DNA of 23,287 nt, taken from contig JBHLMQ010000048.1 in NCBI GenBank assembly GCA_048938005.1, positions 1 through 23,287 on the forward strand, in the 5' to 3' direction. Below the pieces are notes generated by a model. It did not search any database. It was not told the origin of the DNA and worked only from the letters and a program-made list of their open reading frames with translations. Source of the DNA: Promethearchaeota archaeon. GTDB lineage: Archaea > Asgardarchaeota > Lokiarchaeia > Sigyniarchaeales > SOKP01. Made by a program: the position numbers and the translations under genes. Each line of letters starts with the position of its first letter. Position 1 is the first letter of the stretch. Positions 1-9,152 of this stretch are shown here, piece by piece.

Positions 1-1
1 C

Positions 2-1255
2 CCACGTATGTTTAGAGATTTTCCTGAAATGATGAAGGAACTAACTCCTGATATGTGTCCCTCAATGAGAGCTGGAACAGCTTCACGAAATTATTTTATA
101 AATAAAGATGACATTGTAGCAGGTTATATTATGGCGCGACCTACGGAATCTGTCTCATATGAACCTGCAAAATCATGGATTACTATGAATGTATATCGTA
201 GTGAGTTTGACCCATGGATTGCTAAATTTGCGACTGAAGCTGGTGCTGAATTAAAGACTTCTACATTAATTGTGGATCTATTGAAGGAAGATGGCAAAGT
301 GTGTGGTGTGATTGATGAAAAAGGAGAGAAATTTGGTGCTCCTCTTGTTATTGGTGCAGATGGAGTCATATCAACTGTAGCACAAAAATCTGGATTAAGA
401 ACAAAATGGCCACAAAATCAAGTTACATTAGTACCACAATATGATTTTCATGCACCTTCAGAAAAAATTGATGATATTATGGGTGATGAGACATTAGGTA
501 TATGGTGGGGATCAACCTTTCCAGCATCATATCAAGTTTTTTTTAATGATGGTTTTCATCAAGGATTAGGCAATTGGATGAATTGGTGGGATAAAAATCC
601 ATTATATTATTTAAATCGTGTTGTAAATCTCAAATATTATCAAAGATTGTTAAAAATACTGGATGCTAAACCACGTGAGCTTCAAGCGCACCTACTTCCT
701 TGGTTAGATTATCCTAATAATACTCATACCGATGGAGTTATATTAATCGGAGACGCTGGTGGATTTCCATGTCCACTTGAAGCAGAAGGAATATATCCTG
801 CTATGGTAACAGGAAAAATAGCAGCAGAGGTAGCTTCTGACTTAATAACTTCTGGAGATATGTCAAAGGCAAATCTTAAAAAATTTGATGAAAAATGGCA
901 AAAAACTAGTATTGGAAAAGAGTTTGAGGCTGGTTTTGAGTTATGGAATATATGGAAAGCTTTGCCATTTAGCCCAAAAGAAACTATGTCTTGGTTTGTA
1001 CCAATGATAATGGAAATCATTGGAGGAATATTCGATTGGTCGCAACCTCATGCTTTAAGAGTGCGTCAAATTATTGGGCACATAAGATCATATATGCCTA
1101 AAGCAACGCCATTTATAATGGTATACGTGATTCCTTTATTGACCAAGGTTTTTGAAGATGATTTAGATAAATTAATTGATCCTAAGAAGATTATGAAAGT
1201 TTTACCTAAAATTTTGGATTTACTACCACAGAAAAAGAAGAAGAGAGGTGTTTAA
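2..1255 (+). CDS. FAD-dependent oxidoreductase, FixC/geranylgeranyl reductase family (5' partial)
   Basis: Frame is open from position 2. The N-terminal GxGxxG FAD motif is missing, so the gene starts upstream of the window. Motifs VYRSEFDPW, IGADG and IGDAGG..PLEAEGI are present, and a FixX-like ferredoxin follows directly. Confidence 0.8.
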   Translation, partial: PRMFRDFPEMMKELTPDMCPSMRAGTASRNYFINKDDIVAGYIMARPTESVSYEPAKSWITMNVYRSEFDPWIAKFATEAGAELKTSTLIVDLLKEDGKVCGVIDEKGEKFGAPLVIGADGVISTVAQKSGLRTKWPQNQVTLVPQYDFHAPSEKIDDIMGDETLGIWWGSTFPASYQVFFNDGFHQGLGNWMNWWDKNPLYYLNRVVNLKYYQRLLKILDAKPRELQAHLLPWLDYPNNTHTDGVILIGDAGGFPCPLEAEGIYPAMVTGKIAAEVASDLITSGDMSKANLKKFDEKWQKTSIGKEFEAGFELWNIWKALPFSPKETMSWFVPMIMEIIGGIFDWSQPHALRVRQIIGHIRSYMPKATPFIMVYVIPLLTKVFEDDLDKLIDPKKIMKVLPKILDLLPQKKKKRGV

Positions 1256-1260
1256 CAAAA

Positions 1261-1530
1261 ATGAATATAGAACTAGAAGGATTAACCAAACGAATTCCGG
1301 GTACTATTAACTTCATTTCAATAGATTATAATAAATGTAACAATTGTGAACGTTGTTTAGTTATATGTATTATGAATTTATGGCGCAAAAAAGAAGGAAG
1401 AATCTATATTATTGACAAGTATCAATCGAAATGTTTAGAATGTGCTGCTTGTTACCAAGTTTGTGATGCTGGTGCAATAATATTTCAATATCCTAAAGGT
1501 GGTACAGGAATAGTCATTGAAAAAGGGTAG
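1261..1530 (+). CDS. FixX-like 2x[4Fe-4S] ferredoxin
   Basis: CNNCERC...C and CLECAACYQVC motifs, plus C-terminal FQYPKGGTG resembling the FixX W/YP-x-GG-x-G tail. Lies 5 bp after the FixC-like gene with an upstream GAGGTG SD-like motif. Confidence 0.85.
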   Translation: MNIELEGLTKRIPGTINFISIDYNKCNNCERCLVICIMNLWRKKEGRIYIIDKYQSKCLECAACYQVCDAGAIIFQYPKGGTGIVIEKG

Positions 1531-1542
1531 ATTAAATTTGAA

Positions 1543-2508
1543 ATGCAAACCAATCTCTTAAAAGTGAGTTTAAAAACGATAACCAGACCTCATCGAATTG
1601 ATATCCATCATCATATTCTCCCTCCTGAGTATCTATCATCATTAGCTAAAATTGGTATTACTACTGTTACTAATGTACCTTTCCCTAAATGGGATCCAGA
1701 GTATAGTCTTGAGTTTATGGAACGACAAGGCATTGCAACAGCAATAACTTCAATATCTTCTCCAGGAATTTATTTTGGAGATCCCAAATTTACAAGAAAT
1801 CTCGCACGTGTTTGTAATGAATATTCTGCCAATTTAATAAGTAATTATCCAAAACAGTTTGGTGGATTTGCTATATTACCTCTTCCTGATATTGAGGCAT
1901 CACTGCTTGAATTAGAGTACGCATTAGATATATTAAAATTAAATGGTGTTGGAATGCTCACAAATTTTAATGGTAAATATATCGGCGATCCTGAATTTGA
2001 AAACCTTTTTTCTGAACTCAATCAGCGAAACGCAATAGTTTTCATTCATCCAGATATTCCTCCTGAGGAAAAGCTATCCAATCTTAATTTTCCTTCCGCT
2101 ATTTTAGAATTTGTTTTTGATACAACACGAGCAATAACAAATCTCATGCATCATGGTATTTTTAAAAGGTATTCTAATATTAAGTTTATTTTCGCTCATG
2201 CTGGAGGGACAGCACCCTATATTGCATGGAGGATTACCTTTGGAAAAAAAAAATTGATTAAACAATTCAAAAATCTTTATTATGGTACAGCGCTGTCTGC
2301 TACAAGGAATGTTTTTCAATGTTTGATGGAATTAGTAGATCATTCCCATATCCTCTTTGGAAGTGATTTTCCATTTGTTCATGAAATTGCTATAAAAGAA
2401 ATGATTCGAGAAATTGTAAATTATAATGAGGTGGAAAAAAAAAAATGCTTAGATATTGAACAGAAAAATGCATTATCACTTTTTCCACATTTTAAATCTA
2501 TTATATAG
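1543..2508 (+). CDS. Amidohydrolase-2 family metal-dependent hydrolase/decarboxylase (6-methylsalicylate decarboxylase/ACMSD-like)
   Basis: Motifs RIDIHHH, FIHP, FDTTRA, HAGG and FGSDFP. Confidence 0.85.
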   Translation: MQTNLLKVSLKTITRPHRIDIHHHILPPEYLSSLAKIGITTVTNVPFPKWDPEYSLEFMERQGIATAITSISSPGIYFGDPKFTRNLARVCNEYSANLISNYPKQFGGFAILPLPDIEASLLELEYALDILKLNGVGMLTNFNGKYIGDPEFENLFSELNQRNAIVFIHPDIPPEEKLSNLNFPSAILEFVFDTTRAITNLMHHGIFKRYSNIKFIFAHAGGTAPYIAWRITFGKKKLIKQFKNLYYGTALSATRNVFQCLMELVDHSHILFGSDFPFVHEIAIKEMIREIVNYNEVEKKKCLDIEQKNALSLFPHFKSII

Positions 2509-2588
2509 ATAATTAGGACTCAAAGTTAAGAGACTTCAAAAAAAATATAAAAAATATAGTTAAGAAAAAAATTTGCTTTTGATTTACT

Positions 2589-3482
2589 TTATGTGGGAAT
2601 AATTATTTTTAATTTTTTCTTTAATTCTTTATAACGTGAACGGAGAGTCACTTCTGTAACTCCAATGGATTCTACAATTTGTTGCTGTGTAAGATCTTTA
2701 TTTTTAATTTTGCTAGCAAGGTAAATAGCACCTGCACATAAACCTTTTGGATCTTTTCCACTAATAGAAAATTTGTTTTTATAAGAATTTAAAATCTTGG
2801 TTGATAATTGTTCTATGTCTGAATCTAATCCTAAATCATTAATATATCTTGGAATAAGAGACACAGGATCTGTAGATGGAGATTTTATATTAAATTCTCT
2901 AATCAATGTTGTGTAACTTCGTCTTACATCTTTAGCATTTGCTGATGCTTCATTTGTTATTTCTTGAAGTGTTCTTGGGAGCTGTTTTCTTCTACATGCT
3001 AAGTATAAGCACGCTGCAACCATAGCATTAATAGATCTACCTCGCAATAATTTTTTCTTAAAAGCTTCCCTATAAAGACGCATAGCATCTTCTCTTATGT
3101 AGATAGGTAAGTTCAGATTTGTGCTAATTCTTTTTAATTCGGTGGATGCAATTAATAAGTTTCTCTTTTGCCATGTTATACGAGTATTCCATTTAGCAGC
3201 TCGTTTTAAATCAGGATTATTTATTTTATTTCTGTCTATAACTGTACTTAATCCCATATCTGGTAGTAAAATTGAAATTGGAGCTCCTGTTTGTTCTCTA
3301 CTATTTTTTTCTTGATTAGTATATGCTCTCCTCCCTTTATGCGAAAAATCAACATTTTTTTCATTAATTACTAATCCACACTGATTACATACAACATCTC
3401 CAGTATTTAACAATTGAATTATTGATCCCCCACATTCGGGACAAACATTTAATAAAACATTATTTTTCGTATTTAAACCCAT
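2589..3482 (-). CDS. tfb: Archaeal transcription initiation factor B (TFB/TFIIB paralog)
   Basis: N-terminal Zn ribbon CPECG...CNQCG, cyclin repeats LLRGRS...AACLY...PRTL and GKDPKGLCAGAIY, and C-terminal HTH VTEVTLRSRYKEL. GTGAGG SD-like motif at 3491-3496. Confidence 0.95.
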   Translation of the reverse strand: MGLNTKNNVLLNVCPECGGSIIQLLNTGDVVCNQCGLVINEKNVDFSHKGRRAYTNQEKNSREQTGAPISILLPDMGLSTVIDRNKINNPDLKRAAKWNTRITWQKRNLLIASTELKRISTNLNLPIYIREDAMRLYREAFKKKLLRGRSINAMVAACLYLACRRKQLPRTLQEITNEASANAKDVRRSYTTLIREFNIKSPSTDPVSLIPRYINDLGLDSDIEQLSTKILNSYKNKFSISGKDPKGLCAGAIYLASKIKNKDLTQQQIVESIGVTEVTLRSRYKELKKKLKIIIPT

Positions 3483-3584
3483 TTTAATATCCTCACTATC
3501 ATAATTTTATTTAAAATTATAAAACAATTGTAGACCAATTATTAATTTCCTTATATTTTCTAATTTTACTTTAATATTAATTTA

Positions 3585-4595
3585 TCAAACACCAATTGCT
3601 TGTAATTTCTCTAATAATTCTTTCTGATTTTGATTTAATTTTTTCGGGACCTTAATTTTAATTTTAATTAATAAATTTCCCCTTTGATTTGAGTTAATTT
3701 TATAAAAACCCTGATTTTTTAATCTTAATAATGATAAATCATTCGTTCCCGGAGGAACATTAACATTTAGAGAATTTTCTATTCCTGAAACTTGAATTTT
3801 TCCTCCAAGTACAGCTGTCGTAAAAGGAATTTCTTGCTCAATATATAGATCATCGTCTCTTCTTTCGAATTTTGGATGATTTCTAATGTGTATAGCAATA
3901 TATAAATCCCCAGGAGATCCTCCATTTTCTCCCGGCATTCCTTTCCCCTTTAATCGTAATTTTTGATCATCTTTAATCCCTCTTGGAATGTTTACATTTA
4001 ACGTCTTTATTTGACCTGTTGTTGGATCTTTATATTGAACTTTCTTCTTTCCCCCATAGAATGCATCCATAAAATCTATTTCCATATCATATCTTAAATC
4101 ATCCCCTTCTCTTGGAAGATTATTATAATTTGAAGATCTTGCTCTTGTGCTCCCTCTTCCTCTCCGATTAAAAACATCAAAAATATCTCCTAAATCATTA
4201 AAAAAATCAAATCCACCAGCTCTATCCCCGGAATTATTGCGATTTCCAAATATTTCACTGAAATTGAATCCTCCAGGTGAACCTGACGTGGAATAATAAT
4301 AGGTTGTGCCATCTGGACTTTGATATACTCTTGAACCTCCTGCAGCCCCACCCCAGTTTTGATATGTTGAAGAATCACCTTCTACAACACCAAATTTGTC
4401 ATACATTTCTCTTTTTTTATCATCACTTAAAATACTGTATGCCTCATTTATCTCCTTAAATTTTTCTCCTGACTTTGGTTCATCAGGATTAACATCAGGA
4501 TGGTATTTACGAGCCATTTTACGAAATGCTCTTTTAATTTCTTCCTTTGAAGCTCCTTTATTAATTCCTAATGTTTTATAATAATCTTTTGCCAT
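3585..4595 (-). CDS. dnaJ: J-domain co-chaperone, class B (DnaJ/CbpA-like, no Zn-finger)
   Basis: KDYY...KYHPD J-domain, G/F-rich linker and C-terminal domain (LRLKGKG...GDLY). No CxxCxGxG repeats. Lies downstream of dnaK. Confidence 0.92.
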   Translation of the reverse strand: MAKDYYKTLGINKGASKEEIKRAFRKMARKYHPDVNPDEPKSGEKFKEINEAYSILSDDKKREMYDKFGVVEGDSSTYQNWGGAAGGSRVYQSPDGTTYYYSTSGSPGGFNFSEIFGNRNNSGDRAGGFDFFNDLGDIFDVFNRRGRGSTRARSSNYNNLPREGDDLRYDMEIDFMDAFYGGKKKVQYKDPTTGQIKTLNVNIPRGIKDDQKLRLKGKGMPGENGGSPGDLYIAIHIRNHPKFERRDDDLYIEQEIPFTTAVLGGKIQVSGIENSLNVNVPPGTNDLSLLRLKNQGFYKINSNQRGNLLIKIKIKVPKKLNQNQKELLEKLQAIGV

Positions 4596-4620
4596 ATTTT
4601 ACAACCTTCTTATAGAATAA

Positions 4621-4660
4621 TAATTTTATAAAAAATTAAAAAATTAAAAAAAAAATTAAA
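4621..4660 (-). terminator. Oligo-T tract between dnaK and dnaJ (putative intrinsic terminator/attenuator)
   Basis: The minus strand reads as several T5-T10 runs immediately after the dnaK stop, the typical form of an archaeal terminator. Confidence 0.5.
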
Positions 4661-6559
4661 TTAATCATACTCAGCATCGACTACATCATCTTGGCCAGTT
4701 GCTTTCCGGAATTGTTCTTCTTCAATTTCATCTTGAGTCTTATTTTGATATCCATAGTTAGCTCCAGGTGGTACTCCTCCCATTCCCCCAGGTGGAGCTC
4801 CTTGATATTGTCCTTGTTGTTGACCATATATACGAGATGATACTTCATGTAATGAATTTTGTAATGCTTCTGCTGCACTTTTAATTCGGGTGACATCATC
4901 AGATTCCATTGCACTCCTTAAATCAGATATCTTGTTAAGAATATTTGATTTTAAGTCTCCGATAACAGCCTCATTTTCTTTCAATAGCTTTTCAGTTTGG
5001 TATATTAATGATTCACTATGATTTTTGGCTTCGGTCAACTCTTGGAATTTTCGGTCTTCTTCTGCGTTTCGTTCGGCTTCTCGAATTTTTTGTTCAATTT
5101 CATCATCAGGCATCTTAGTTGATGCAGTAATTGTTATCGATTGACTTTTTCCAGTTCCTTTATCTTTAGCCGAAACATTTAAGATTCCATTTTGATCAAT
5201 ATCAAATGATACTTCGATCTGTGGGACTCCCCTTGGAGCTGGTGGAATACCATTTAAATGAAATCTTCCTAATGTTATATTATCAGCTGCTCTTGGGCGT
5301 TCACCTTGTAATACATGAATTTCTACTGCTGGTTGATTATCAGCTGCTGTTGAGAATATTTCTGCTTTTTTAGTCGGAATTGTTGTGTTTCTTTCAATTA
5401 ATTTTGTAAATACTCCACCTAATGTCTCAACTCCCAATGATAAAGGTGTCACATCAAGCAATAATAAATCCTCAACTTCACCAGTTAACACTCCACCTTG
5501 AACTGAAGCACCCATCGCAACACATTCCATTGGATCAATACTCCGTTCTGGAGCCTTACCTAATAAATCTTCGAATTTTTTCTGTACAACGGGCATTCTT
5601 GTAGGTCCACCAACTAAAATAATCTTATCGATTTCTCCTCTAGCCATACCTGCATCTCTCAATGCCTTCAAAATTGATGTATCTAGTTTCCTTAATACAG
5701 GATCAATTAGTTGTTCTAATTTAGCTCTTGTTAGTGTCATATTAAGATGTTTAGGGCCTTCACTTGTAGCAGTTATATATGGTAAATTTATATCAGTTGT
5801 AATCGATGTAGATAATTCAATTTTAGCTTTTTCAGCAGCTTCCCGAATTCTCTGCATAGCCATCGAATCCCCTTTTAAATCTACACCCTCATCTTTCTTA
5901 AATTCTGAAACGATAAAATCAACAAGTATCTTATCCATATCAGTTCCTCCTAATTGAGTATCACCGGCTGTAGAAATCACTTCAAATACTTGATTATCCA
6001 TCTCCATTATTGTAACATCAAAAGTACCACCGCCAAGGTCCAATACTGCGATTTTAAGTCTAGCATTCTTCTTATCTAACCCATAAGCTACAGCTGCGGC
6101 AGTGGGTTCGTTAATTAAACGCTTAACATTTAATCCCGCGATCCTTCCCGCGTCCTTCGTAGCTTGTCTTTGGTTATCGTTGAAATAAGCTGGTACCGTA
6201 ATAATAGCATCAGTAACTTCTTCACCTAAATAAGCACTAGCATCTTCCTTGATTTTTCTTAAAATCATTGCGGAAATCTCTTGAGGTGTATAATCCTTAC
6301 CATCTATTGTTACCTTATAAGAAGTACCCATTTTCCTCTTAATCGCTGTAATTGTACGATCTGGATTTGAGATCGCTTGCCTTCTTGCAGGCTCACCGAC
6401 TAATCTCTGACCATCCTTCGTAAACGCAACCACAGAGGGAAAAGCTTTACCTCCCAAAGTTAATCCCTCAGCACTTGGAATAATTGTTGGTTTACCTCCA
6501 ATTAATACTGCTGCTGCTGAGTTTGACGTTCCTAAGTCAATTCCTATTATTTTTCCCAT
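4661..6559 (-). CDS. dnaK: Hsp70 chaperone DnaK
   Basis: Motifs [32 protein letters not shown] and [11 protein letters not shown], with C-terminal VDAEY. GGAGTGA SD motif at 6566-6572. Confidence 0.99.
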   Translation of the reverse strand: MGKIIGIDLGTSNSAAAVLIGGKPTIIPSAEGLTLGGKAFPSVVAFTKDGQRLVGEPARRQAISNPDRTITAIKRKMGTSYKVTIDGKDYTPQEISAMILRKIKEDASAYLGEEVTDAIITVPAYFNDNQRQATKDAGRIAGLNVKRLINEPTAAAVAYGLDKKNARLKIAVLDLGGGTFDVTIMEMDNQVFEVISTAGDTQLGGTDMDKILVDFIVSEFKKDEGVDLKGDSMAMQRIREAAEKAKIELSTSITTDINLPYITATSEGPKHLNMTLTRAKLEQLIDPVLRKLDTSILKALRDAGMARGEIDKIILVGGPTRMPVVQKKFEDLLGKAPERSIDPMECVAMGASVQGGVLTGEVEDLLLLDVTPLSLGVETLGGVFTKLIERNTTIPTKKAEIFSTAADNQPAVEIHVLQGERPRAADNITLGRFHLNGIPPAPRGVPQIEVSFDIDQNGILNVSAKDKGTGKSQSITITASTKMPDDEIEQKIREAERNAEEDRKFQELTEAKNHSESLIYQTEKLLKENEAVIGDLKSNILNKISDLRSAMESDDVTRIKSAAEALQNSLHEVSSRIYGQQQGQYQGAPPGGMGGVPPGANYGYQNKTQDEIEEEQFRKATGQDDVVDAEYD

Positions 6560-6607
6560 ATTTTATCACTCCATTTTTATTTTAATTTTAATAATTTTGA
6601 TCTTTTT

Positions 6608-7336
6608 CTAATTTTCATTTAAAGTTTGTAATTTTGATTTTTTTGAGATTTTGACCTTCGCAGGCCTTAAAACTTTATCTTTTAAATAATAACCCTTAGA
6701 TATTTCTTCTAATATAGTATTTTCGGGGAGATCATCACGACCTTCTTCAATTAAAACTGCTTCGTGCTTATAAGGATCAAATTTCTCACCTTCAGAGTTC
6801 ATAGGTTTTACACCCTCCTCAATTAACAGTTTTTCAAAATTTTTCACTATTATTTCAAAACCATTCTTAATGCCTTCCATGTTTTCAAGTATCATTAGTA
6901 AGTTGAATGCTCTTATTAGATCATCATAATGATCAATTAGCTTTTTTAACATAGACTCCATAACATATGACTTGTATCTGCTATTTTCTCGCTCAGAGCG
7001 TTTCTTATAATTATCAAAATCCGCGCGTACACGTAAAAGCGAATTCATAAATTTCTCCTTTTCTTCAAGCAACTCTTTGAATTTACGACCATCATCTTTC
7101 ATATCATCTAGTTCTTTAAGCAAGCGGTCGTTTTGAGACTTTATTTTTTTATGTTCCTCCACCAATGCTTCATATTTCTCTGCTTTTTCTTTAAGTTGCT
7201 TATAATCACTTTTTGAAATTGAAATATGATTTGATTCTCTACGTGGAGTATTGCGTTCATTAATAAATCTGTCAAAATAATCTTCAAATGTCATAGATCT
7301 TATATCTCCCATATCTTTTCCATATTTATATATCAT
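6608..7336 (-). CDS. grpE: Nucleotide exchange factor GrpE (with N-terminal extension)
   Basis: Motifs RVRADFDNYKKR, GEKFDPYKHEAV and KGYYLKDKVLRPAKV. Lies upstream of dnaK. Exact start uncertain. Confidence 0.95.
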   Translation of the reverse strand: MIYKYGKDMGDIRSMTFEDYFDRFINERNTPRRESNHISISKSDYKQLKEKAEKYEALVEEHKKIKSQNDRLLKELDDMKDDGRKFKELLEEKEKFMNSLLRVRADFDNYKKRSERENSRYKSYVMESMLKKLIDHYDDLIRAFNLLMILENMEGIKNGFEIIVKNFEKLLIEEGVKPMNSEGEKFDPYKHEAVLIEEGRDDLPENTILEEISKGYYLKDKVLRPAKVKISKKSKLQTLNEN

Positions 7337-7371
7337 TTTTTAAATTTTTGAGTTTTAAACCCCATTTTTTT

Positions 7372-7442
7372 GTATGTAATTTTTGGTTGTCAACCCAGCC
7401 TTTACATACTTTAATATAACAATATTAATTTGCCTATTTAAA
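7372..7442 (-). promoter_or_regulatory. Putative grpE-dnaK promoter: TATA box plus nested inverted repeat
   Basis: Minus-strand TTTAAATA at 7442-7435. GTATGTAA (7372-7379) pairs with TTACATAC (7402-7409), enclosing GGTTG-T-CAACC (7385-7395) on nearly the same axis. Confidence 0.45.
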
Positions 7443-7554
7443 GGTTACGTTTTTGAAAAATAAAAAAAATCTGGGATATATTCTGTAATTTTTTAGAAGA
7501 ATTGCGAAAAAAAGTAATTAAAGTAATTTTATGTGATAAATAGTTTTATGGTTT

Positions 7555-8229
7555 TTATTTAAAATTATTAATGCTTATTCTTTTCTTTTGAGTAATTAAG
7601 CAATAGAAGTAATAGATTGAAATAAATAATTCTGGCAACCAATTTTTAAGTAGTATAAAAACGAATAAAGCTGCGATTATAGCAGATAAAAAGAATAAAG
7701 ATTCATGAATGAATTCAAATGGAATTCCTTTAAAATTAAAATATAATAAAAATAAAATTCGAAAAATGTTTAATATGTGAATAACTCCAACTGTAACAAT
7801 TAAGGTTTTTATTTTTCTCCATATAAAATTATTCTTACTCGAGAGATCTTTTGAAGAAGGTATGAATAATATTATACCAATCAAAATGCTAAAAATATGA
7901 GCTGCTAAGCAATTTGGAGTGATAGAAAATGTTCCCTCAAAGGGGTGGTTAGGTATCATAATTGTAGGAAATATATTGTGATCAGGATAGATAATCACTG
8001 TTGAATTCATATTAAAGATAGAATTTAAAAGAAAGGATATCTGTATAGATGTGAATTCATATATCCAGTAATTAATTTTAAGACTTAAAACTAAATAGAT
8101 CAAAATAGATAATAATGGACTGCCAATTATTAAACTCAAAATTTGAAGATTAGAAAATTTATAAGCTTTGCCATTAAGGTTTAGAATTGGTCTATGAAGG
8201 TTAAAATTTTCATTTTGATTTTCTTTCAT
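7555..8229 (-). CDS. Exosortase/archaeosortase family membrane transpeptidase
   Basis: Polytopic membrane protein with ITPN-C107, LNIF-R157 and FI-H175, matching the Cys/Arg/His catalytic pattern and spacing of exosortases/archaeosortases. Adjacent to a gene with an IPGF-TM-basic tail. Confidence 0.8.
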   Translation of the reverse strand: MKENQNENFNLHRPILNLNGKAYKFSNLQILSLIIGSPLLSILIYLVLSLKINYWIYEFTSIQISFLLNSIFNMNSTVIIYPDHNIFPTIMIPNHPFEGTFSITPNCLAAHIFSILIGIILFIPSSKDLSSKNNFIWRKIKTLIVTVGVIHILNIFRILFLLYFNFKGIPFEFIHESLFFLSAIIAALFVFILLKNWLPELFISIYYFYCLITQKKRISINNFK

Positions 8230-8299
8230 TTTGGAGTAATATGTAACTTTTTTTATTTAGGTAAAATATAATAAAAAAAAAATTAAATTTTCTCCATTT

Positions 8300-8944
8300 T
8301 TAGTTCTTTTTTGCATTTAAATGATATTTATATATAATAATTATTGAAAGTACCATGAATAAGCCAATAAATAAGAACGGCTCAAAGCCGGGTATTTCAA
8401 TATTTTCGAATAGCGCTGTAAAAAAGCTATTTATTGCATTGGATATTGCTTGCCCTATTGCTGTAAAAATTGCTCCAACTATTGGAGCTAGTGCAAAAAT
8501 AATCCAAACAGGTATAGCGATTCCTACTAGTATAATAGCAACTGCAAAAGCACCACAATATCCTATTCCTTCTATCGCATCAGCTCCACCAATTGAGTAT
8601 GCTCCCCAAAATATACCAACCATGAGCATTGAGAGTAAAAACATTCCACCAAAAATTGGAAAATAGCTGTCAGGAGTAAGAGCAAATCCTATCATAACTA
8701 TATATGATAAAATAAAATTAACAAAAGCCACAATACCAAAGAATATTAATATTTTGTATGGAAATGTTATTTTTTTTTTTAATTTTTTTGGTGGTGTGAT
8801 AGAAGTTATATCACTTATTTTTCCAGTATCTGGGGTATATTCTTGAGTTGGTACCGCAATCAAAGCTCCACAATCAATACAATATTTACTATCTTTTTTA
8901 TTTGGCTTACCACAATTATTACATATTATCTCGTCTTCAGACAT
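8300..8944 (-). CDS. Zn-ribbon membrane protein with IPGF (Loki-CTERM/PGF-CTERM-like) sorting tail
   Basis: N-terminal CNNCG...CIDCG, about three hydrophobic segments, and C-terminus EIPGFEPFLFIGLFMVLSIIIIYKYHLNAKKN (IPGF at 8384-8395). Confidence 0.75.
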   Translation of the reverse strand: MSEDEIICNNCGKPNKKDSKYCIDCGALIAVPTQEYTPDTGKISDITSITPPKKLKKKITFPYKILIFFGIVAFVNFILSYIVMIGFALTPDSYFPIFGGMFLLSMLMVGIFWGAYSIGGADAIEGIGYCGAFAVAIILVGIAIPVWIIFALAPIVGAIFTAIGQAISNAINSFFTALFENIEIPGFEPFLFIGLFMVLSIIIIYKYHLNAKKN

Positions 8945-9152
8945 AAATTATCACAACAATTTATTTTTTTAAATTAATTGGAATTTCATTTTACTTTAAT
9001 TCAAGAATAAAACAATCTTTATTAATCCATACAAATATAAAAATATTTATGATAGAATCCAAAAATTCGAGATTTTTTTTTTTGAAATTGGTAGATGTAA
9101 ATCTTAAATTCTTAATATTTCTTATAGAATAAGATTAGGGTGAAATCAATTA

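Noticed and set aside
7337-7554. CIRCE/HrcA element upstream of grpE
   Set aside because: No TTAGCACTC-N9-GAGTGCTAA and no hrcA gene in the window.
7555-8229. Direct homology of the archaeosortase to eukaryotic GPI transamidase GPI8/PIG-K
   Set aside because: PIG-K is a legumain/caspase-fold soluble-domain protease, whereas this is a polytopic exosortase-type protein. Only functional analogy is proposed.
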